Of a DNA stretch of 64,000 nucleotides, positions 58,284-64,000 are shown piece after piece. This DNA is from a virus (Duplodnaviria; Caudoviricetes): IMG/VR virus record IMGVR_UViG_3300027759_000044. One strand, written 5' to 3'. Positions within the stretch are counted from its first letter, which is position 1. Every line of letters begins with the position of its first letter. Made by a program: the position numbers and the translations under genes. Below the pieces are notes generated by a model. The model was given only the letters and a program-made list of their open reading frames with translations, made no database searches and had not been told where the DNA came from.

Positions 58284-59771
58284 ATGGCAATTTCAGGACT
58301 ACAGACTATACAAGTAGGATTACAGAATGAATCTACGGGTAGTGACAGCCTATATACAGCATTTACTAAAACAAGAGACAACTTTGGTATACTAGCAAAT
58401 ACCGCCAGTCCTTACAATACATTTACCAGTGGGACTGGTATTAATGCTAATGCCAACGCTACCACGAATACTGTAACAATAACAAATATTGGTGTAACTA
58501 GTATTATTGCCGGCAATAATATAACTGTTAGTAGTTCAAACGGAAATGTAACTATATCATCAACTATTAGTAACTCTACTGCTAGCGGTTCTAACACACA
58601 AATTCAATTTAATGATGCGGGAATATTAAGTGGCAATACTAATTTCACTTTCAATAAAACTACTGGGGTTTTTTCAGCATTATATTTGGCAGGAAATGGT
58701 AACGGGTTATCAAATATACAAGGTGCTAATGTTTCCGGTGCGGTAACATACGCAACTACAGCCAATTCAGTAGCAGGTGCTAACGTTTCTGGACAAGTAG
58801 GCAATTCATTAATTGCTGGTACAGTATATACTGCGGCACAACCAAATATTACATCAGTTGGTACATTAACAAGTTTAAGTGTTACCGGTAATATATCCGG
58901 TGGTAATATTAATGTTTCAAATGGTCGTTCAAATGTAACCGGTACTGCTAATACGGTTGGCGGTGGTGCGACAGTTGGGGTAAGTAGTATATTAGCAATT
59001 GATTCAGCATTTGGTAGCAATGACGCAAATGATCCAGCAAGCGCACAAGCAGTACGTGGTCGTGTAACAGGTAGCAATCTAACTAAAACACGTAATTATG
59101 TAGCCGGTGTTACCGGTCAATACTTAGTAACTGGTACTAATGCAAGCGAATTTATTAACACTGGTTTACTTGGTGTTGTAGGGGACCAAACAACTACAGC
59201 AAATGCGGCTGTTGTTGCTTACTTAGACGGTGACGGCGGATTGACTACTGCTGGTTCAGCATATGGTGTCAGTATGAAAAACTCAACTCCTGGCTCAGGA
59301 TTTGATTACGGTCTTGACTTGCAATTCATTAATTTAAATGTAGCGGGAACGACCACTCCATTCAAGCAAGCAGATATTCGTTTTAATAACGGTGTAGAAC
59401 TTGTTGCTAATGTAGCGAACACAATAAGTATAGGCGCTAACCTCACAGTTACAGGCACTACGAGTACTGGTGTATTATCATTAAACAGTAGTGAAGATTT
59501 AGCAGATGCCGCGGCAGTTAATTTATTAGTTACAGCAAGTTATTTTACAACAGTAGCCGCAGAGACTGCAACATTGGCTGCTGGTACAGCAGGACAAATT
59601 AAAACATTTATGATGGTTAGTTCAGGGGGCAACATGGTTATTACTGTGACTAATCCTGGATGGGGAGGTTCAGGTACAATGACATTTAGCAACACCGGCG
59701 ATTCATGTACACTACAATATATAGCAAGCAAGTGGTTTTGTATAGGTAATAATGGTGCAATATTTGCTTAA
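58284..59771 (+). CDS. Baseplate/tail fibre protein
   Basis: N-terminus I.VG..N..TGSD.L.TAF.K..NF resembles T4 gp9/gp10; G/N/T/A-rich repeats. Confidence 0.7.
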   Translation: MAISGLQTIQVGLQNESTGSDSLYTAFTKTRDNFGILANTASPYNTFTSGTGINANANATTNTVTITNIGVTSIIAGNNITVSSSNGNVTISSTISNSTASGSNTQIQFNDAGILSGNTNFTFNKTTGVFSALYLAGNGNGLSNIQGANVSGAVTYATTANSVAGANVSGQVGNSLIAGTVYTAAQPNITSVGTLTSLSVTGNISGGNINVSNGRSNVTGTANTVGGGATVGVSSILAIDSAFGSNDANDPASAQAVRGRVTGSNLTKTRNYVAGVTGQYLVTGTNASEFINTGLLGVVGDQTTTANAAVVAYLDGDGGLTTAGSAYGVSMKNSTPGSGFDYGLDLQFINLNVAGTTTPFKQADIRFNNGVELVANVANTISIGANLTVTGTTSTGVLSLNSSEDLADAAAVNLLVTASYFTTVAAETATLAAGTAGQIKTFMMVSSGGNMVITVTNPGWGGSGTMTFSNTGDSCTLQYIASKWFCIGNNGAIFA

Positions 59772-59791
59772 AGATATCAGGGAATAAAAAA

Positions 59792-62700
59792 ATGGCAACA
59801 ACAATTAAAATAACGGAATTAACAAATATAGGTGCAAACTTAGCAAGTTCTACAGTTATACCAGTAGTTAATATGGGAGGTACTCCTACTACGGAAAAAA
59901 CAGTATTAGGTAATATTGCTAATCTTGTATTAGCTGGTGCTGGAGGTAACTATGTTGCTGCCGCCAAAGCTACTACTGCTACAACAGCAAATACTGTACT
60001 AACTAACGCTCAACCTAACATTACTAGTATAGGTAGTTTAACTGGTTTAACAGTAAGTAATGCAACAGGTGTTGTTAATTTTAGTAACACTGCTAACGTT
60101 ACATTAGGTAATGTTTCTAACTTACATATTGCAGGTGGTACAGCCGGACAATTGTTATCTACTAACGGTAACGGTACTTTAAGTTGGGCAAGTGATACTA
60201 CTACATATGGTAATAGTAATGTTGTAACACTATTATCTGCGTTTGGTTCTAATACAATAACAACTACAGGTAATGTATCTGTTGGAAATATTATTGGTAA
60301 TGGACAAGCATTGACTAATATTGCAGGTGCCAATGTCTCTGGATTCGTAGCTAATGCTAATGTTTCTAATACAGCATTTGCGGTTGCAGGTGCCAATGTC
60401 TCTGGATTCGTAGCTAATGCTAATATTGCTAATACGGCATTTAGTGTGGCTGGTGCTAATGTCTCTGGATTCGTAGCTAATGCCAATGTTTCTAATACAG
60501 CATATGCGGTTGCAGCCGCAAATGTGTCAGGTTTAGGTAATATTGCTACTATCAATTTAACTGGTAATAGTAGTAATGTGTTATACGGCAACGGAGTATT
60601 TGCGGCGGTAGCAGGTGGTGCTAATACAGGTAATGTTACATTCAATGACGTTAATATCATTGGCACAGGTAACTTGAATCTGCAACCAAACTCTGCTGAT
60701 GCTGCCGCATATGTAAATATTTACTTGACCGGGGCCGCGGATATACATATGGCAGCCGGTGCCGCTGGTGCTAATTTGATTTTAGGTACAGATGAAGAAG
60801 CCAATATTGCTGTTTTACAGGGCGGCAATGTGGCCATACAGGCAGGTAATGTCAGTGGCACAAAGACTTGGAACTTTGATACTACTGGTAACTTGACCTT
60901 GCCATTAAATAGTGTTGTTTATGAAACCAACATTCCAGACCAATCACTTAGTGGTAGTGCTATTGCTTTAAAACCAGCAGGTGGAACTACTGCCAATCAA
61001 CAGTTATTAATATATCCAACAGCGAATGACGGGGACCATGTACATATGACAAGTGGCAACTTGTATGCAACCGAATTGTTCTTAGGTAGTGATAATTTAT
61101 ATGTCAAGTTAGCAAATACAGGTAATATTGTTATCAACAGTAATGATGGTAATAGTAGTAATGCTATGTGGACATTTGGTACAGATGGTAGCACAATATT
61201 TCCAACATTAACTACACAGCGTGGTGACGATCCAAGTGCGACAATTACAGGTCAAACATTATTGTTTGGTGATAACACACAAGAAGCAATTATTTCAACA
61301 CCGGATGGCACTAGTAATATTAATAGCAGTCAACGACTAGTAATCAACCCTGGCCAAGGCTTTGACGGTGGTGAAGGTGGTGATATTTATCTATGGGCCG
61401 GTCGCGGTGGTCCAACTAGCGGCTCAGGTGGCGATATCAAGATTCGCGGTGGTTTTGCCCCAGCAGATGGCACAGGTGGCTACATACGTATGGAAGGCGG
61501 TGACTCGCAGGCCAATGGTCAACCTGGCTTTATTGAAATTACAGGCGGGCAAGGTGGGAATACTGTAGGCGGGTATGTTCAAATAACAGGTGGTGTTGGT
61601 GGCGGTGGTAGTGGTGGTGGTGTTGATATTTATGGTGGCTACGGTGTTGGTGGCCCAGGTGCTGCTGTAAATATCAGCGGTGGCGGTTCGAGCAATGGCC
61701 TAGCAGAATACGGTAATGTAAGCATCAATTCAGGTTCAGGTACTTGGATATTTGACAATACTGGTAACTTAACAGTACCTGGCAATTTAATAGGACCAGA
61801 TAATGCTAACTTTACAATCTATTCTAATGTTGGCCAACATGAATTTGTATTTGGTGATGACGGTACATTCTATGCTCCAGATACTGTTGTATTAGGTGGT
61901 AACACTATCTATATTGGGCCAGGTTCTAATACATTAGCTGGACTAGAGCATGCGGTACTAATAGCAAGTAGTAATCACTTTGCCTATATTCAAGGTGTTA
62001 TCAATAACATATCCGATAACGGTAGTGCTGACTGGGTAGCACAAGGTCGTCTTGGAAGTGATGAGGGTGGATGGGCAGATTTTGGCTTTACTAGTGGTGG
62101 ATTTAATGATGCTAATTACACTATCACAGGTCCGGGCGATGGATATTTAATAGTAGAATCATATGGTCCTGGACAACTTATTACAGGACCCAAAGGTGGT
62201 AATTTAATATTAGCTACTGGTTCTCAGGGTACTGTTAGAGATATTATATTTGGTACCGGTGGATTTGAAACAGGTAATATATTTGGTAGAATGTCAGATG
62301 CTAATAATTCATTTGAATTATCACGTGCTGGTGCAACTATTACATTCCCTGATGCTACTGTACAAAATACAGCTTGGACCGGTAATGTAGCAAGAATAGC
62401 TAATGGTAATAGTAATGTCAATATCGCAACTGCTAATGGTAATATAACTATAGCGGCTGTTGGTAACACTACAATGACAATAACCGGTACTGGTGCTAAT
62501 ATCACAGGTACTGCAAACATTAGTGGTAATGTAAACACTACTGGGCAATTAAGCGCCACAGGTAATATTACTACATCAGGAAACTTTGTTGGTAACGGTG
62601 CGGCACTAACCAATGTAACGGTGAACGTTGCTGGTAACATTGTTGGTACAGAATCAAATGTTACCTTGGTAGCCGGCTCATACAATTGGACATTTGACAA

Positions 62701-63142
62701 CACCGGCAACTTGAAGTTGCCAGGCAACACATTTGCCGTAAACTATGCCAACAACACACCGGTGGATGCGGTCACACGGTTTTCAGGCACTTGGACGGTG
62801 CCTACAGGCAACAGCACCCAGAGTTTTACTGTGGGTTCCAGCGAGACTTATCAAATGTGGGTTGATTGCAATATCCCCAATGGTATCTTGGCTTGGAATG
62901 CCACAGCCACTATTACCAACACCAATGTGCCTGTTGTGGGTGCTCAGTATGCCTGGGTCTACAACGGTGGCGGCACACCCATAGACTTTACCAGTATACC
63001 CAATCAGTTTGTAGGTACAGCAAATGCCATATTTCGTAGTAATACCGCTCCAAGTGCAACTACCAATAGATTTGACTTTGGCATCAACAACACTAGCGGC
63101 GGTAATGTCACTGTTCGTTACGGTTGGATAGCAATCAGTTAA
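59792..63142 (+). CDS. Long mosaic tail fibre
   Basis: Fibre composition; recurring W.FD.TGNL.LP junctions; GG-rich repeats. Confidence 0.78.
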   Translation: MATTIKITELTNIGANLASSTVIPVVNMGGTPTTEKTVLGNIANLVLAGAGGNYVAAAKATTATTANTVLTNAQPNITSIGSLTGLTVSNATGVVNFSNTANVTLGNVSNLHIAGGTAGQLLSTNGNGTLSWASDTTTYGNSNVVTLLSAFGSNTITTTGNVSVGNIIGNGQALTNIAGANVSGFVANANVSNTAFAVAGANVSGFVANANIANTAFSVAGANVSGFVANANVSNTAYAVAAANVSGLGNIATINLTGNSSNVLYGNGVFAAVAGGANTGNVTFNDVNIIGTGNLNLQPNSADAAAYVNIYLTGAADIHMAAGAAGANLILGTDEEANIAVLQGGNVAIQAGNVSGTKTWNFDTTGNLTLPLNSVVYETNIPDQSLSGSAIALKPAGGTTANQQLLIYPTANDGDHVHMTSGNLYATELFLGSDNLYVKLANTGNIVINSNDGNSSNAMWTFGTDGSTIFPTLTTQRGDDPSATITGQTLLFGDNTQEAIISTPDGTSNINSSQRLVINPGQGFDGGEGGDIYLWAGRGGPTSGSGGDIKIRGGFAPADGTGGYIRMEGGDSQANGQPGFIEITGGQGGNTVGGYVQITGGVGGGGSGGGVDIYGGYGVGGPGAAVNISGGGSSNGLAEYGNVSINSGSGTWIFDNTGNLTVPGNLIGPDNANFTIYSNVGQHEFVFGDDGTFYAPDTVVLGGNTIYIGPGSNTLAGLEHAVLIASSNHFAYIQGVINNISDNGSADWVAQGRLGSDEGGWADFGFTSGGFNDANYTITGPGDGYLIVESYGPGQLITGPKGGNLILATGSQGTVRDIIFGTGGFETGNIFGRMSDANNSFELSRAGATITFPDATVQNTAWTGNVARIANGNSNVNIATANGNITIAAVGNTTMTITGTGANITGTANISGNVNTTGQLSATGNITTSGNFVGNGAALTNVTVNVAGNIVGTESNVTLVAGSYNWTFDNTGNLKLPGNTFAVNYANNTPVDAVTRFSGTWTVPTGNSTQSFTVGSSETYQMWVDCNIPNGILAWNATATITNTNVPVVGAQYAWVYNGGGTPIDFTSIPNQFVGTANAIFRSNTAPSATTNRFDFGINNTSGGNVTVRYGWIAIS
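60321..60535 (+). repeat. 63-bp (21-aa) tandem repeat in the fibre, about 3.5 copies
   Basis: AGANVSGFVANANVSNTAFAV repeated. Confidence 0.85.
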
Positions 63143-63152
63143 TGGATCAACT

Positions 63153-63863
63153 ATGATAATACAAGGCGTAACTCTTAAAGGCGTAACTGTAATTGATGGT
63201 GTTGTATCCAGTGGACTACAATTGTATCTTGATGCAGCCGTACCCGCAAGTTATGCGGGTTCAGGTACCACTTGGTATGATTTAAGTGGGCAAAACAATA
63301 ATGTTGTGATGCAGAACTCGGGCAATATCTCATATACTAGTTCGGGCGGTGGATACTTTACTTTGTCTAGCAACGGCTATTTTAACAAAGCAACCACTAC
63401 AGGTATTCCTATAGGCACTAGTGCTTATACTATGAGTGTGTGGGTTCAGTGGCCCACAGGTACCTGGCCCACTTTTGGGGGCATGATTGGCATAGGCAAT
63501 TCGATTATTATTAATGAAACCAATCAATTTAGAACCACTGGCACAAATGCTTTAATAAACTACTGGTATGGTAACGATCTAGCCGCAACCAGCACTATCA
63601 GTCCTGCGTCGCAGTGGGTTAATATTGTAGCGCAATGGGACGGAACTACTAGAAAAATTTGGGTTAACGGCACACAAGTTGCGTCAGCCGCTGCCAGTGG
63701 ACTCAACGTATCATCAAGTCTACTACAAGTTGGTGCTACCAATGTCGGTGGCACTGAGACATTGAGGGGCAATATTGGACAAGCATTAATTTACAATCGT
63801 GCTTTATCATCAACAGAAATTAATAATAACTATACACTAATAAGAACTAGGTATGGTGTATGA
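63153..63863 (+). CDS. LamG/concanavalin A-like lectin-domain protein
   Basis: L.LYLDA..SY.GSG..WYDLSG, W.NIV..WDG, G.IG..IYNRALS..EI..NY. Confidence 0.88.
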   Translation: MIIQGVTLKGVTVIDGVVSSGLQLYLDAAVPASYAGSGTTWYDLSGQNNNVVMQNSGNISYTSSGGGYFTLSSNGYFNKATTTGIPIGTSAYTMSVWVQWPTGTWPTFGGMIGIGNSIIINETNQFRTTGTNALINYWYGNDLAATSTISPASQWVNIVAQWDGTTRKIWVNGTQVASAAASGLNVSSSLLQVGATNVGGTETLRGNIGQALIYNRALSSTEINNNYTLIRTRYGV

Positions 63864-63888
63864 AGATAAATATATAAAAGGATAACAA

Positions 63889-64000
63889 ATGGCAATAGTT
63901 TTTGAAAACGGAATAAATATAGGTGGCGGAATAGATATAGGTGCAACACCACCTTCTGGATTGGTTCTTAACCTTGATGCATCCAACTATAGTGCTATGC
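63889..64000 (+). CDS. Partial LamG-type adhesin (runs off the right edge)
   Basis: MAIVFENGINIGGGIDIG..GLVLNLDA; AAGGA RBS; GATAAATA at 63865. Confidence 0.7.
   Translation, partial: MAIVFENGINIGGGIDIGATPPSGLVLNLDASNYSAM

Noticed and set aside
1-64000. Alternative genetic code (stop-codon reassignment)
   Set aside because: Known genes (dnaK, clpX, lig, sod) are full length under code 11; TAA, TGA and TAG all end genes at sensible positions
1-64000. tRNA, rRNA, introns or inteins
   Set aside because: No cloverleaf/T-arm signatures seen in the short intergenic gaps; conserved enzymes have normal lengths. tRNAscan-SE would be decisive

Overview
AT-rich, gene-dense segment of a large (jumbo-type) tailed dsDNA phage genome read in the standard genetic code. 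It has T4-like traits: a TAAATA late-promoter motif, T4-type RNase H and DNA ligase, a gp9/10-like fibre N-terminus, and capsid-targeting-like N-termini. Host-like genes (dnaK, clpX/P/S, erpA, infA, rpsU) suggest a proteobacterial, probably betaproteobacterial, host; this is inference. Contents from left to right: putative head-packaged mosaic proteins; UvsE; a ParB/DGQH + GIY-YIG-like pair; a PD-(D/E)xK nuclease + Dam-family methylase pair; RNase H; many small early ORFs behind near-identical sigma70 promoter cassettes; a DUF5672 tandem; ligase; lipoproteins; a proteostasis/translation cluster (ClpX, bS21, DnaK, Hsp20, ClpS, SprT, ClpP) with ROSE-like leaders; nucleotide enzymes; a PBP/S11 peptidase; an array of four paralogous six-bladed propeller adhesins with hypervariable loops; YHYH; IF-1; a heptose/C-methyl-sugar glycosylation island; SOD; ErpA; tail fibre and LamG genes. 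I found no capsid, terminase, polymerase, tRNA, CRISPR array or reverse transcriptase in the window. All family calls are by eye from motifs; no searches were run.
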